Of a DNA stretch of 64,000 bases, positions 1 to 12,529 are shown in pieces (the stretch's first letter is position 1; each line of letters starts with the position of its first letter). The position numbers and the translations under genes are program-made. This DNA comes from Octopus sinensis (taxonomy: Eukaryota). The stretch lies in NCBI RefSeq assembly GCF_006345805.1, contig NC_043001.1, forward strand, positions 32,674,001 to 32,738,000, read 5' to 3'. Below the pieces are notes generated by a model that worked only from the letters and a program-made list of their open reading frames with translations, did not search any database and was not told the origin of the DNA.

Positions 1-48
1 TAGCATCGGTTGTCAAGCAATGCTAGGGGGACAAACACAGACACACAA

Positions 49-97
<49 letters not shown>

Positions 98-262
98 TAC
101 GACAGGCTTCTTTCAGTTTCCGTCTACCAAATCCACTCACAAGGCATTGGTCGGCCCGGGGCTATAGCAGAAGGCACTTGCCCAAGATGCCACGCAGTGG
201 GACTGAACCCGGAACCATGTGGCTGGTTAGCAAGCTACTTACCACACAGCCACTCCTGCGCC
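1..262 (-). mobile_element. tRNA-derived SINE family A, cut by the window edge
   Basis: Reverse complement of the family-A head (A-box TGGCTGTGTGG, B-box GGTTCAGTCCC, ACCTTGGGCAAGT) seen on + at 41776; internal (TA)/(CA) tract. Confidence 0.9.
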
Positions 263-312
263 TATCTTGAGTACTTTTTTCTTCCGTTTGTCCACTCACC
301 CTTATTCATACG

Positions 313-630
313 TGAAGGCGCATAGCTCAGTGGTTAGAGCGTCGAACTCACTATCACGAGGCAGTGAATTTGGTTTCCGGACCTGGCTGTGTATTGTGTT
401 CTTGAGCAAGACACTTTATTTCACTTTGCTTCAGTTCACTCAGCTGTAGTAATAAGTTGCCACGCTGTAATATCTTTTACCTTTTCACTGGTTAATATCG
501 ATGGCGTGGAGAGGGGAGGCCAGTATGCATGGGCGACTGCTGGCCTTCCATAAACAACCTTTCCCGGACTTGTGCCTCTCGGGGTAAACTTCTTGGTGTA
601 AGCCCATTGTCATTCATGACCGAAGGGTGT
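313..630 (+). mobile_element. tRNA-derived SINE family E
   Basis: tRNA-like head GGCGCATAGCTCAGTGGTTAGAGC then TTGAGCAAGACACTT. Its tail recurs inverted at 14475-14605 and its head recurs at 55847. Confidence 0.75.
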
Positions 631-973
631 TAAAAATTTTTCACTTCCCGAGCGTTAAACTAATACATCTTTTTGTTGTCAACACCACCTGTCTTCGTCT
701 TTTGTGAATTCTCCCCATATATTACACGCTCACGTGGTCGCACCAGTTGATCCTGTCTTCTCTCATCACCCAACGAACTTTCAGCTGCACCTCTCCTGGC
801 CATGGATTACACTGGACTCCTCTGTTGATGAAAAATCGCTCCAATACACCACGACGTTCGAAGCAATTGAATATTTTGAACTTTTCGTACTTTTTTTATA
901 ATTTGTAACTCTTTTTGTACTTTCTGCTTTTTCCTATTATCGTTTCTTCCTACATATCTGATCTTTCTGCCTT

Positions 974-1011
974 CCTTTCTGTGGAAGAGCGTAGGCTCGA
1001 AACGTTAAAGG
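974..1011 (+). ncRNA. Minimal type-I hammerhead-like motif, variant core CUGUGGA
   Basis: Stem I CCTTT/AAAGG; CTGTGGA-A; stem II GAGC-gtag-GCTC; GAAA-CGT-T with palindromic ACGT helix III. Confidence 0.6.
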
Positions 1012-1168
1012 CTTTTTCACTTCCAGAGCGTTAAACTAATACATATGTTCGTTGTCTACACCACCTGTCTTCGTCATTTTTTTTTTGTGATTCTGCTGTG
1101 GCCGCGTGTGTACCGTTGGCGATTTTTTTTCCTTCGTCTTCCCTTCTTTGGATCTTTCCTTTTCCCAT

Positions 1169-1203
1169 GTTTCTAACGAAGGGTTCCGCTCGAAACGTTA
1201 AAC
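1169..1203 (+). ncRNA. Minimal hammerhead motif, core mutated (CUAACGA)
   Basis: Stem I GTTT/AAAC; CTAACGA-A; stem II GGGT-tcc-GCTC; GAAACGTT. Confidence 0.55.
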
Positions 1204-1344
1204 CCAATAATACTATACTTATTCCACGTCCTCGCGTTGTTGTGTTTTCTCTATGTGTTTTCATGTTTGGATTAACTATATATATATATATATATCTTCC
1301 ACCCTCTTTGATTCCCTCTCTCTCTGTCTCTCTTTCTCTCTCTC

Positions 1345-1790
1345 CTGCGACCTGCTGCTTCTTCAACCATTCTGTTGGCCTTCGTATCTCGACCAACATG
1401 TGTCCCCGCTACCGAAACGGTAATTATTTCTACGCCAGCTGCTATGTTGTTGTTGTTTTGTCTCATTTGGTCTAAAGTCGTAAGACAACCACCGTTATAT
1501 ATATTTTGTTTATTCATTACTGTTTTCAATTTCGTTTTCGTCTCTTGTATTCACATCCGTCTTGTGCGTTCACATTCCTGTCTTCTACCAAGAAATCTAA
1601 TGCTTACAGCTTAGTTTTTTTTCTTGGGGCTGGCCGAGTTGGAGCAAATATCAGAATTGAACAGCCGAAATTTGCGATGATGATCGGGTGTCTGGACTGA
1701 AGATTGAAGGCTTCGAATGATTTGTCTGTGTTCCGTGTTCGTCCCTTCCTGTATTTCACGTTCATTATATAATAAAACATTCATTCTATA
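1345..1790 (+). repeat. Unclassified probable interspersed repeat ending at (TA)n
   Basis: Higher-complexity block between (CT)n and (TA)n tracts, ending AATAAAACATTCATTC; single copy in this window. Confidence 0.3.
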
Positions 1791-1834
1791 TAATATATAT
1801 ATATATAGATATAATATATATTATATATATACTA

Positions 1835-1876
<42 letters not shown>

Positions 1877-2129
1877 AACACACTCACATACACGCACGCA
1901 TACACACACACATCTATACTCCACATATGAGACTCAGAGATGACACTTAGTATGGCTCAAAACATTCAAACTTAGACTACGATGTGTTTAAAAGGGATCA
2001 ATTCTACGAGGTAAAGAAAGGCTAGAATAGGGGTCAGGTTGAACAGATATATTTCGTATCCAAACTATTATATTTAATACATTCAATATATCGAATTGCC
2101 TCCGCTTTCTCTCATTCTCTCTCTCTCTT

Positions 2130-2153
2130 TCTGTGTGTGTGTGTGTATGTATG

Positions 2154-2185
<32 letters not shown>

Positions 2186-2209
2186 TGTATGTGTATGTAT
2201 GTACATATA

Positions 2210-2255
<46 letters not shown>
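2130..2255. repeat. Compound microsatellite (TG)/(TATG)/(TA)
   Basis: Direct reading. Confidence 0.95.
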
Positions 2256-2257
<2 letters not shown>

Positions 2258-2259
2258 CA

Positions 2260-2548
2260 TACAGATATTTATTTATATATTACATGTTTTTATACATCAT
2301 ATATCATACATCATATATCATATAATAGCGCTTTCGTCCATTCTAGTGGAGTTTCAATTGGAGTTCAATTTGAAAACTCCACTAGAATGGACGAAAGCGC
2401 TAATATATGATATATGATATAAGTTATATGATGTATAAAAACATGTAATATATAAATAAATATCTGTAAATATAAAACCATCCGAATTTCTGAGTACCTC
2501 ATTTCTTCTAATATAAAATACCTGTACATCATCTCCAAACCTTCTAAG
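2260..2548 (+). mobile_element. Fold-back Penelope-type terminal cassette: ~100-bp imperfect inverted arms plus an ~80-bp 3' extension, within (TA)n
   Basis: 2260-2360 is the reverse complement of 2366-2468; degenerate hammerhead TGAAAA-C-TCCA-ctagaa-TGGA-C-GAAA-GCGC-TA at ~2370-2402. Confidence 0.7.
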
Positions 2549-2956
2549 ATATATATATATACATATATACATATATGTATGTTTGATTGTATGTATGTAT
2601 GTATGTATGTGTGTATGTATGTATGTATGTATGTATGTATGTATGTATGTATGTATGTATGTATGTATGTATGTATTCAGAAGATCAAGTAGACTGGCTT
2701 TATGTTTCATGTATTGACTTACGAAAGGAATATGGATAGGATGATTCTGTACTAAGAGTAAGGTAAAATATTTTGTGAAATCCGTATCAAGTTCATCATT
2801 TGAGTTGCAATATACATAAATGACCAGTTCCCACTATCAAATGATTATAACTTATTCTAAGACACTTGCACACATACATACGCACATACATTCGTACCAT
2901 AACAAATAGATACACACACGCGCACATACATTTCGGACTATCTCTGTGCATATTGT

Positions 2957-3785
2957 TATTGTGTTGTCCGGAGAGTTCGTGCCGATTTATAATAGCTTAC
3001 CTTTCGACGTATTTTAGAACATGGTTGATATAGGATTTAACTACACCTCCATTTAGAGCACAGTTTAAGCTATCTTTTCGTGGAAGAAGGTCTATGTTCC
3101 TATAACCTGTGTTAATTCTGTAACCCTTTAAAATGGAAGATAAGAAAGTTCATTTTCGGCACTTGATGCTTTTCTTTTTCCGTAAAGGAAAAAATGCCAC
3201 ACAAACAACCAAAGAAATATGCGCAGTTTACGGTGATGTTTCTTTATCCGAAAGAACTGTACGGAAGTGGTTCGCAAGGTTCTGAGCTGGAGATTGTAGC
3301 CTTATTGATAAAGAGCGATCAGGCAGACCATCTACTACAGGTGATAACCAAATCAAGTCATTAATTGAGAATAGGAGCACTCCGTCGGTTACGACGATGA
3401 GGGTCCCAGCTGATACGATCAACGGAACAGCTTGCTCGTGGAATTAACGTGCAAGTGGCTAAGCATTCCACTGACACATGTACCTTGAACGTAGTTCTCA
3501 GGGAGATTCAGCATGACACAGAGTGTGACAAGGCTGGCCCTTTGAAATACAGGTACAACAGAAACAGGAAGAAAGAGTGAGAGAAAGTTGTGGTGAAAGA
3601 GTACAGCAGGGTTCCCCACCATCCCCTGCCGGAGCCTCGTGGAGCTTTAGGTGTTTTCGCTCAATAAACACTCACAATGCCCGGTCTGGGAATCGAAACC
3701 GTGAACCTACGACCGCGAGTCCGCTGCCCTAACCACTGGGCCATTGAGCCTCCACTATTAATTGAGAATAACCCACATACTGCGA
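2957..3785 (+). mobile_element. Mariner (Tc1/mariner) remnant: left TIR plus N-terminal transposase HTH, interrupted by SINE C
   Basis: TIR ttgtccggagagttcgtgccgattt; ATG at 3133 gives MEDKKVHFRHLMLFFFRKGKNATQTTKEICAVYGDVSLSERTVRKWFARF*AGDCSLIDKERSGRP, a mariner HTH; same family as 38596. Confidence 0.9.
3374..3755 (-). mobile_element. SINE family C, full length, inserted in the mariner remnant
   Basis: Reverse complement of 33947-34328; TSD attaattgagaata at 3360-3373 and 3757-3770. Confidence 0.93.
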
Positions 3786-4214
3786 TAGAAATCTACGAAG
3801 AGAGTAACAAATATATCTGAGCATAAATCCTTAAATATTGTAGGGTCGGCAATGCAAATTATGCACGAATTATGCAAACGACTCACCGCCAACCACTGTA
3901 TACTGCTGTCAGTATTAGTAATGGCTTCTAACAAAGTTAAAAGATGCCCGAGTTCAGAGAAGAGAACAGCCATTATAATCGATCTCTCAAATAGAATGAT
4001 ACTTATTTTGTTGACCTCTAAGAAACATCCGATATTGGTGGGATTCGAAATTTGAAAATTTACCTGTATTTTATCCAAGGTTCTGTGAATTATTCCAAGA
4101 GAGTGTGAGAGAGAGAGAGCCTGAGAAAGGAAAATAGAGAGAGAGGAAGAGAAAAAGTGATTGAGCGAGAGGAAGAAAGAAGACAAAAGAAAGGAAGGAA
4201 AAGTTCCTCATTAC

Positions 4215-4343
4215 TTTCTGCCAGAGCCTGGTGGAGCTAGGTGTTTTCGCTCATAAACACACGCATCGGCCGGTCTCAGATTCGAACCTGCGATCCCTCG
4301 ACCACTTGTCCACTGCTCTAACCACCAGCCAATGTGCCTCCAC
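4215..4343 (-). mobile_element. SINE family C head fragment
   Basis: ctaggtgttttcgctcataaacac...ctctaaccaccagccaatgtgcctccac matches the inverted C head. Confidence 0.8.
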
Positions 4344-4679
4344 AGATTTGTAAGTATACCAACATTAAATTTCAGACTTTATTTACATTTGACGGATATT
4401 TGTCCTCATCTTGTTTGTTGTTAACACAACGCTTCGGCTGATATACCCTCCAGCCTCCATCAGGTGTCTTGGAGAAATTTCGAACCTGGGTTCTCATTCC
4501 TAAGGTATTTTCGATATCATCATCATCACCACCACCACCACCAACACCACCACCAACACCACCACCACCACCACCACATCATCATCATTATTATTATTAT
4601 TATTATTATTCAAGTCATTGCCTGGAATCGAACTCGGAATCTTGGTGTTAGTAGCCCGCGCTCTTAACCACTAATAATA

Positions 4680-4741
<62 letters not shown>

Positions 4742-4742
<1 letters not shown>

Positions 4743-5296
4743 TGCCCTTGAGCAGTACCAGGCAGTGGCTCTCATGGCTTCTGATCTTAACTGATTGGAA
4801 GTGTTATCATGTACATTGTTTTTCTTGGTTTAAAAGATGGGCTACAGCAAATATTCTGCTCAATACCACAGATTTGCTTGTCAGTTGTTTGACCTTAACC
4901 AGTTGAGCATGTCACTTAGTGGCTGACGATATGTGCATCTCTGATCACGAGCAGAAGTAGTGGGGGAGCATCATAGCCATGTGTTGAGAGGGATTCTTTA
5001 GGGTTTGGATAATTCACCTCTGGAAACAGGGTGATTCGTCCAACACCCTTAAACAATCCTTATTCAAGGACCTTTTGAGCGGGATGGGTTACTCTACCAG
5101 AAGAAAATTCTAACTGGGCCCCACCTGCAAGGTCATGGTGCTGTTTATCTTGATATGAGATCACCATGTCGCGCACATATGGTTGTGATGCATGTGCCTG
5201 GTGTACCCTTATCAGACGGGTAGTCATGATGGGTATACTGGGCTTCATATATTTTACCCCAGTGTCACTTTGATGGCATGCACTGCTCTCTCACTC
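4742..5296 (+). mobile_element. (AAT)n-embedded element, family D
   Basis: ~555-bp block repeated at 30979, 37653, 38247 and 56905, bounded by (AAT)n. Confidence 0.85.
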
Positions 5297-5386
5297 AATA
5301 ATAATAATAATAATTATTATTATTATTATTATTATAAAATCGAAAAATACCTTAGGAATGAGAACCCAGGTTCGAAATTTCCCCAA

Positions 5387-5432
5387 GATACCTGATGAAG
5401 GCTGGAGGGTATATCAGCTGAAACGTTGTGTT
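5387..5432 (+). ncRNA. Minimal type-I hammerhead motif (mutated mirror copy on - at ~4423-4468)
   Basis: Stem I GA(T/C)AC/GTGTT; CTGATGA-A; stem II GGCTGG-agggtata-TCAGC(T/C); GAAA-CGT-T. Confidence 0.75.
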
Positions 5433-7886
5433 AACAACAAAACAAGATGAGGCCAAATATCCGTCTAATGTAAATAATGTAAATAATGTACATAATTCCT
5501 CATCTCCTAAATATCGAACTATTAAATTTCAGATTACTATGGGCATTTTCATCAACATATCGCATTTGTGACTTTCACAGTACATATGACTTCTATTTTG
5601 TAAAATTTCCTTTGAATACTCTTTTGCTGCATTTCACCTCCTTTTATTGTATATCTCTGACAGAGTATTTGAATGTGTTTCTGGATAAGAATGTAGTTCA
5701 CTGATATTTTTACATGCTATGGTGTAACACACACACATACACACATAGATTCAAATATACTTGAACACACGTACACGCAATGTATATGAGTATCTGTGCA
5801 TTTTGTGTGTGTGCATACGTATAAGTGTATAAGAAAGCGTATTTAAACTTCATCTGCGAATTTAATAGCTGTACGCGTAGATGTATGTTATGCGTAGTTT
5901 CATCAGCGCTTGCATCAACAATGACCTTCACCGTACCATCTAATGGAGATAACAGAAATATTTAAACGTCATTTATTTCAATGAAGAAATAACTGTTGGA
6001 AAAATCCTTCATCTTATAAACTCCCAATTTAAAAGATTCGATTAACTTCAACTGCTAGGACTCATTGTATGAACGGAATTCACCTGGAATTCTCATATTG
6101 TTCATATCATGCTGACACTTTCGTGTTATTTATAAGTCTTTAGCTGGCGCGATCTATTAGCAATTACTGCTATCTCCAGGTGTTCTAACTTATGGAATTA
6201 TTTTATAATATCAATCCAGTGTGTGAAGGTGGTATGATGGCAGAAGTTGTGAAATACTGGCTGGAATAAATGCCTGCAGTATTTAGTTTCATCTTTCTTC
6301 AGTCTGATTTCATATCCCGCCAAGAACGACTTTGCATTTAATTGCCTTGAGGCAAGACAGATTCCATGTATTATACACTTACCCTTAAAAATAACTGCCC
6401 TTGAATCTATTTATATATATATTTTTATTCTTTTGCAGGTTCCAGCTATTGGATAGTGAGCACAGGCATAACATTATGGTTAATAAGTTTTGCTTCACAT
6501 CATCACGCAGTCCCGGTTCGATTCCACTAAACGGCTGTTCGGTTCGATTACATTACACACTACTTTATAAAACATAAATTCTTTATAAAGTAGCTAGTAG
6601 GTAGAATCCAAGTATTATGAGTGAAACTAGATAAACAGTGATTATATGGAAGCCCGTAGAAAAAAGTTTCCGAGGCATTAGGTGGTAGGCTTCATTCGAC
6701 GACCAATTTAACTTCATCACATTGCTCTTGCTTAATCTTAGTGGAGTTAGTGCTAAGGCAATTATTTGGATCAAGTTTCCAGTTTAGGCTAGTAAGATCG
6801 ATCTTATTTCTTCCGGCCTGTTTCGGAGGTCCAGTCTCTAGGAAGGAAAATGTTATATAACTTCCCTCATTATACAGAGTGCAATAGATTAGTGCCTATT
6901 TTATTTGCTGGTTCTAATTCTAGCATAATGCAGCAGTTCTGAGGGAAATAACCAGTCAATTACACTGACATCAGTACATGACTGGTACTTTATTTTAGCG
7001 CCTCCTGAACCGGATAAAAGTCTTAGCGAGGTAGGAACTCAAAATATAAAGAACGTAACTAAATAACGCAATACATTTTGTTCGACGCTCTAACAATTCT
7101 GTCAATCCACGACCGTTACCAACCTTAAAATAATGAATATCCATTTCAAACTGAGAGAGATTTGGATTTATGATATAAAGGTACATAACTAAATATATTT
7201 TCCCCTTTACCGTTTCTGCTCGGACTCGAGTCGAGTCTGATGGGAGGCGTTTCAGCCGTGACTATCCCATCCCATCTTTCTTTCATTCATAATGTAACTA
7301 GGAATACATCATTCTTTGTATCCAGTTTTATGACGGTAAAATGTGAAAGCGAAATTAAACCGTTTGCAGCAAGCGAGCCACCGTATCAAGCCTCCCTTCT
7401 TTGTTCTAAGAAAAAATAGGTTTGATATTTTCTGTTGAATTCAAACCAGCTATAACCATTTCACTTGGCGTTAAGACGTCTCTTCCTGACGTACCAATAT
7501 CATTAGTCTCTGCCGTCACACAAAAATATCGAAAATATCACGAGTCAACAAAGATTCATCGATATGGTAATTCGGCTTGCTAGAAACACCAACTCAGATC
7601 TCCGACAAGAAATGTAGGTGGAAGAGACATAAATATAGAGTCTTTCAGCTACTGAGTCTAAAAACAGCAGATGAGAGAGTCACGTCTAGATTTCGGTTAT
7701 TCATAGCATAGGCTTATGTCTAAATAGGCAAACCTGCTATTTGTCTTATTGAAAAGTGAAAAAAAAAAAAACTGAACGAAATCAATATTTTGAAGATTAT
7801 GGCGTGGATGCTGGAAAGTTAGACAGGTTTTGTGCTTGTTGTTTCGAAATAGCACCCAACTTGGAAATAACTGGCGTTGTATCTCT

Positions 7887-8104
7887 CTCTCTTTTACTTG
7901 TTTCAGTCATTTGACTGTGGCCATGTTGGAGCACCGCCTTTAATCGAGCAAATCGACACCCAGAACTTATTCTTTGTAAGCCTAGTACTATCGGTCTTTT
8001 TTGCCGAACCGCCAAGTTACAGGGACGTAAGCACACCGGCATCGGTTGTCAAGCGATGGTAGGGGGACAAACACAGACACACAAACGTATATACACACGC
8101 ATAC

Positions 8105-8143
<39 letters not shown>

Positions 8144-8319
8144 TATATATATATATATTATATATCAGGCTTCTTTCCGCCTACTAAATCCACTCACAAA
8201 GCTTTGGTCGGCCCGAGGCTATAGTAGAAGACACTTACCCAAGGTGCCACGCAGCGGGACTGAACCCGGAACCATGTGGTTCGTAAGGAATCTACTTACC
8301 ACACAGCCACTCCTACGCC
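7887..8319 (-). mobile_element. SINE family A
   Basis: Tail, (TA)n centre and head all match family A inverted. Confidence 0.9.
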
Positions 8320-8725
8320 TAAAAGTGCTTACTGTGCAATTGTATTTTCTATAGCTTCAATTCGATCATTGTCTGATTAGGAGAATTTGATTGATAGAAA
8401 CCATACAGATAATCGACAAATAGGACTGAATTATGTCTCTCCATTAGAAGATATTGAACTCTGAAAGAATAAAATGATGAATCATTTTTTTAATGTTCCT
8501 CAAGGCCTCTCGAAGACAAAATTTTAATTTCCGGCGGTAAAAACTACAACGATGTACGAAATACATGCATTTTATCTTTTACTTGCTTCGACTAAAGACA
8601 CCGATAGAATAAGTACTAGGCTTACAAAGAATAAGTTCTGGGGTCGATTTGCTCGACTAAAGGCGGTGCTCCAGCATGGCCACAGTCAAATGACTTGAAA
8701 CAAGTAAATGAGTAAATAGTATGGA

Positions 8726-8766
<41 letters not shown>

Positions 8767-8768
<2 letters not shown>

Positions 8769-9056
8769 AATATAAGAGCGTGGTCACTATATGGCTCACT
8801 CTATTTTATTTGCCCTGTCCTGTGAGCTAACAATCGTACTGACTTTCATGGAAACATGTATTTTTGTGGTTGAAACCTATTGGATTAACTGGTGCTAGAG
8901 TGAGCCATATAGTGACCACTCTCTATATATTATTTTTTAAAAATATTATAATATATTATAAAATATTATAATAATCCAGGTTCTCGGAGCACTAGGCCCT
9001 TTGTGTAGAATAGATATACTATTAAATTAGTATCTAATTCTCTCACCCTTATTAAT
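8767..9056. mobile_element. Element between (TA)n tracts with a ~35-bp inverted repeat
   Basis: gtggtcactatatggctcactcta (8780-8803) is the reverse complement of tagagtgagccatatagtgaccac (8896-8919). Confidence 0.5.
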
Positions 9057-9719
9057 TAATTATATATATATATATATATAATTAAGTATATAGAGAGAGG
9101 AGAGAGAGAGAGAGAGAGTAGATGAAACCATGGTGACTGAAGAAGGGGAATTTTGCTTGTGTTATTTGTCCTGTACTCTATTTTTTCGTTGTTTAAGAAA
9201 AATGTCCATTTCCTTGGTTTTGTGTTTATGTTTTCGTTTCTCATTGTGTTCGACGTTTTCTTTGTGTCCTGTACCCATATATGCATGTATATATACATGT
9301 AGATGTAGGTCCGTACATATATGCATGTATATACGCATATGTTTTATTTATTAATATATTATATATACGTATACATATATATATCCGGCAACGAAAGAAA
9401 AAGGGAAAAAATATATTTTCCTATTTCTTTATTACCCACAAGGGGCTAAACATAGAGGGGACAAACAAGGACAGACATAGGTATTAAGTCGATTACATCG
9501 ACCCCAGTGCGTAACTGAGAACGACAACTGTCTCCTTTCGATTCAAGTAATTCTCCACAAATCTTAAATTTGATTCTTAATTCATTCCTAGTTTCAAGAA
9601 CAGACGAGTTGAGAGCATCTTTTTATTGGTGATATGTGAACTGTATTTCCATTAATGATACATTTGTTCACTCACCAATTTTCAGTTTCTAACAAACCTT
9701 TGAATAATATTGTTTTTAG

Positions 9720-10112
9720 AAGTGTGTGTGGTGTACTTATCTGTATGACTGTGTTTGCGTGTGCATGTATGAGTGCGTGTGCGTAAGTATATGAGTGTGT
9801 GTGTGTGTGTGTGTGTGTGCGTATATGTGTGTATGTGTGCGTGTATGGATGTGTATGTATATATATATATATATATTTCTATTAGTCTATAAAATCTTTG
9901 TTCCCAAGTGCGCGCATGCGTATATGTGTATCATATGTATGTTATCTACCTTTCTATCTGTTTATATTTATAGCTCACATGCGAGTGTGTATGTATATAT
10001 ATATATACATGTGTGTGTGTGTGTGTGTGTTAGTATGTAATTATTCGCATGTAAGCATTTGTGTGCGATCTTGTGCGTGAGAGTGCATGTGCGTGTATGT
10101 ATGGATGTGTGT

Positions 10113-10154
<42 letters not shown>

Positions 10155-10190
10155 TGTGTGCGTGCGTTTGTATGCGCATGTGTGCGATTT
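9720..10190. repeat. Degenerate (TG)n/(TA)n microsatellite region
   Basis: Direct reading. Confidence 0.9.
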
Positions 10191-10459
10191 GTATATTTTT
10201 ATTTCCCTCAAGTACCAAGAAACTTTGATGTTTTTTGGTTTCCGGAAAATAATATTTATTTCTATTGAATATTTATACCGACTGCGTTTGAATTCAATTT
10301 TTAGAAATCAATGAAATTAAAGAAAAAAGTTTGATAAATATGTTTTTGAAGTATAGCCGAACTTGAGGTTTGCATTTTAAAATAGGTCATGCAATAATTA
10401 ATCCTGCGGCTAATGAACCATCATCATTATCATGTGCACCGCCATCTTCATTGTTATTA

Positions 10460-10522
<63 letters not shown>

Positions 10523-10759
10523 TTGTTGTTGTTTCGAGATCAAATGTCACCGAGGTCGATTTTGCCTTTCATCCTTTTATGGTTGATAAAATATGTACAA
10601 TATACGTTTGTGTGTCTGTGTTTGTCCCCCTACCATCGCTTGACAACCGATGCCGGTGTGCTTACGTCCCTGTAACTAGTGGTTCGACAAAAAAGACCGA
10701 TAGTACTAGGCTTACAAAGAATAAGTTCTGGGGGTCGATTTCCCGAAAATTTTCAAACC

Positions 10760-11499
10760 CTTTGCCTATTGCAGAAAGTATTGTGCTATTGAGGAGCACT
10801 GCCGGCTAGAAATAAACTCTACAGGCACGGAAGCTCTCTCAGACCGGACTGTCCCAGATGCGCGCAGAGCGATAAAGCTGTTCTGCATGCAATCGTGCAG
10901 AGTCCGAGTACTCTTTTTATCGCGGGTGGGACGAATCCGACTATCTGCCGAAACTACTGTGTGTGTGTGAGTGTGTCACCCCACCACAAGTCAGTACAGA
11001 CAATGCTCCTCTGTCTTGTAGTAATAGCGAAAGAGGCTTGTGTAGTGGAAGAAGCAGAAAGGATTATCGAAAGATACCTTCATCTTCGGCCGAGCTCTCA
11101 TTGACTGATTTAAGGGTGGAGAGAGAAGTGGTAACCTTCAGTGAATTTGTGAAAAGATAGGTGACTGTAGCAAAAATGGTTGAAGTGATTAGCCCTACTC
11201 TAAGTATGCGCTTGTACATTGGGGAGCGTGAGAGACAGAGAGCTCATAACTTTGGTGGTCAGTGTAATCCTGGATTTGTGGGGTTTCTTGATTGTCCCTA
11301 GTTAGAGTCCCTCCTGCATGAGGAGAAATGCATCATTCATATTATCATCCATTTTGTATATTACGTACATATACTTTTTATCGCCTTTCTCTGTCTTTTC
11401 CATTTTTTCTCTTCATCGTTTATGTAAATCCCTTTGTAAATTGATGACTGTCCTTATAATGCCCCCCCCTCATCTTTGTCCATGCGGCTAATATAAGGA

Positions 11500-11500
<1 letters not shown>
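10760..11500 (+). pseudogene. Tx1/L1-like LINE 3' end: ORF2 C-terminal zinc knuckle plus 3' UTR, degenerate
   Basis: KLYRHGSSLRPDCPRCAQSDKAVLHAIVQSP (decayed CCHC) and RVEREVVTFSEFVKR; 3' end similar to 37500-37560. Confidence 0.75.
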
Positions 11501-11540
<40 letters not shown>

Positions 11541-11679
11541 CATTATTATTATCATTATTATTATCATTATTATTATTATCATTATTATTATCATTATTAT
11601 TATTATCATTATTATTATTATCATCATCATTATTATTATCATTATTATTATCATTATTATTATAATCATTATTATTATT

Positions 11680-11714
<35 letters not shown>

Positions 11715-11715
11715 T
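11500..11715. repeat. (ATT)/(ATC)n microsatellite
   Basis: Direct reading. Confidence 0.97.
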
Positions 11716-11716
11716 A

Positions 11717-11980
11717 GAGGGCGCATGGCCTAATGGTTACGATGTTGCACACACGATCGCGGGATCGTGGTTTCAATTCTTAAATTGTGTGGCACGTTGT
11801 GTTCTTGGGCAAAACACTTCATCTCACATTGCACTGCGATCACTTCGACACCTGACGTGTGGTACATCCTGTACCTGGTCAGGGGACGTCGACGTCGATC
11901 TGACGGAGGAACCGAACTAATGTACCGCACATACATATGATCTCTATAAACAAATAATTTGTGCAGGTCGTTCGGCAAAA
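11717..11980 (+). mobile_element. tRNA-derived SINE, additional family
   Basis: Head GGCGCATGGCCTAATGGTTA...GGTTTCAATTC followed by TTCTTGGGCAAAACACTT. Confidence 0.7.
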
Positions 11981-12529
11981 TAAGCTGACACTCATATGTC
12001 GTCTTCGGCGGGAGAGTTCATCATCATCTTCCTCAAAATCCTCCTCCTCCTCCTCTTCATCATCATCACCATCATCGTCGTCGTCGTTGCCTTCATTCTC
12101 ATCACCATCCTCATAGCAGTGGGTTGGCAGAATCGGAAAGTACGTCACGCACTGCGGTATCATTTCAGTGCAAGATGTTCTCGACACGCTGAAGACCTCA
12201 GCAATAATCAAAATAGCCACCGGACGAGGTGACTTACTTTACTTATACATACACTCCGTGCACCTCGTCAGTCTGGGATGCCACTATTGTCGACAATTCC
12301 GCTAGACGCAAGCAGCAGTCATCACAGTTAAACGCATATATTTTTGAATTGAACCGAAAGCAATGAACCAACTGGTGAAGGCGGTAAATCAACACTATCA
12401 AGCGAAGCGGATTCCACGTCATAGTTGTTCAAATGAATTGGTCTGATAATCGTTTGTGCTGATGCTTTGTGTTATATTTAGATACTGATGGTACCCAGCT
12501 TTCTTGTTTTTAATTTTAGTGAAATATAC

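Larger units (their letters stand above)
632..1277 (+). mobile_element. Cluster of Penelope-type terminal (pLTR) fragments ending in (TA)n
   Basis: Block ttcacttccngagcgttaaactaatacat...cacctgtcttcgtc repeated at ~640, ~1016 and ~55135; two hammerhead motifs (974, 1169); related block at 18377-18492. Confidence 0.7.
4377..5520 (+). mobile_element. Penelope-type inverted-terminus cassette with a 13-bp TSD; spacer filled by other repeats
   Basis: 4380-4515 is the reverse complement of ~5339-5475; both arms carry a hammerhead motif; TSD attaaatttcaga at 4364-4376 and 5521-5533. Confidence 0.8.

Noticed and set aside
1697-1722. CTGAAGA-TTGAAGGCTTC-GAAT as a hammerhead
   Set aside because: GAAA is absent and stem II cannot close properly.
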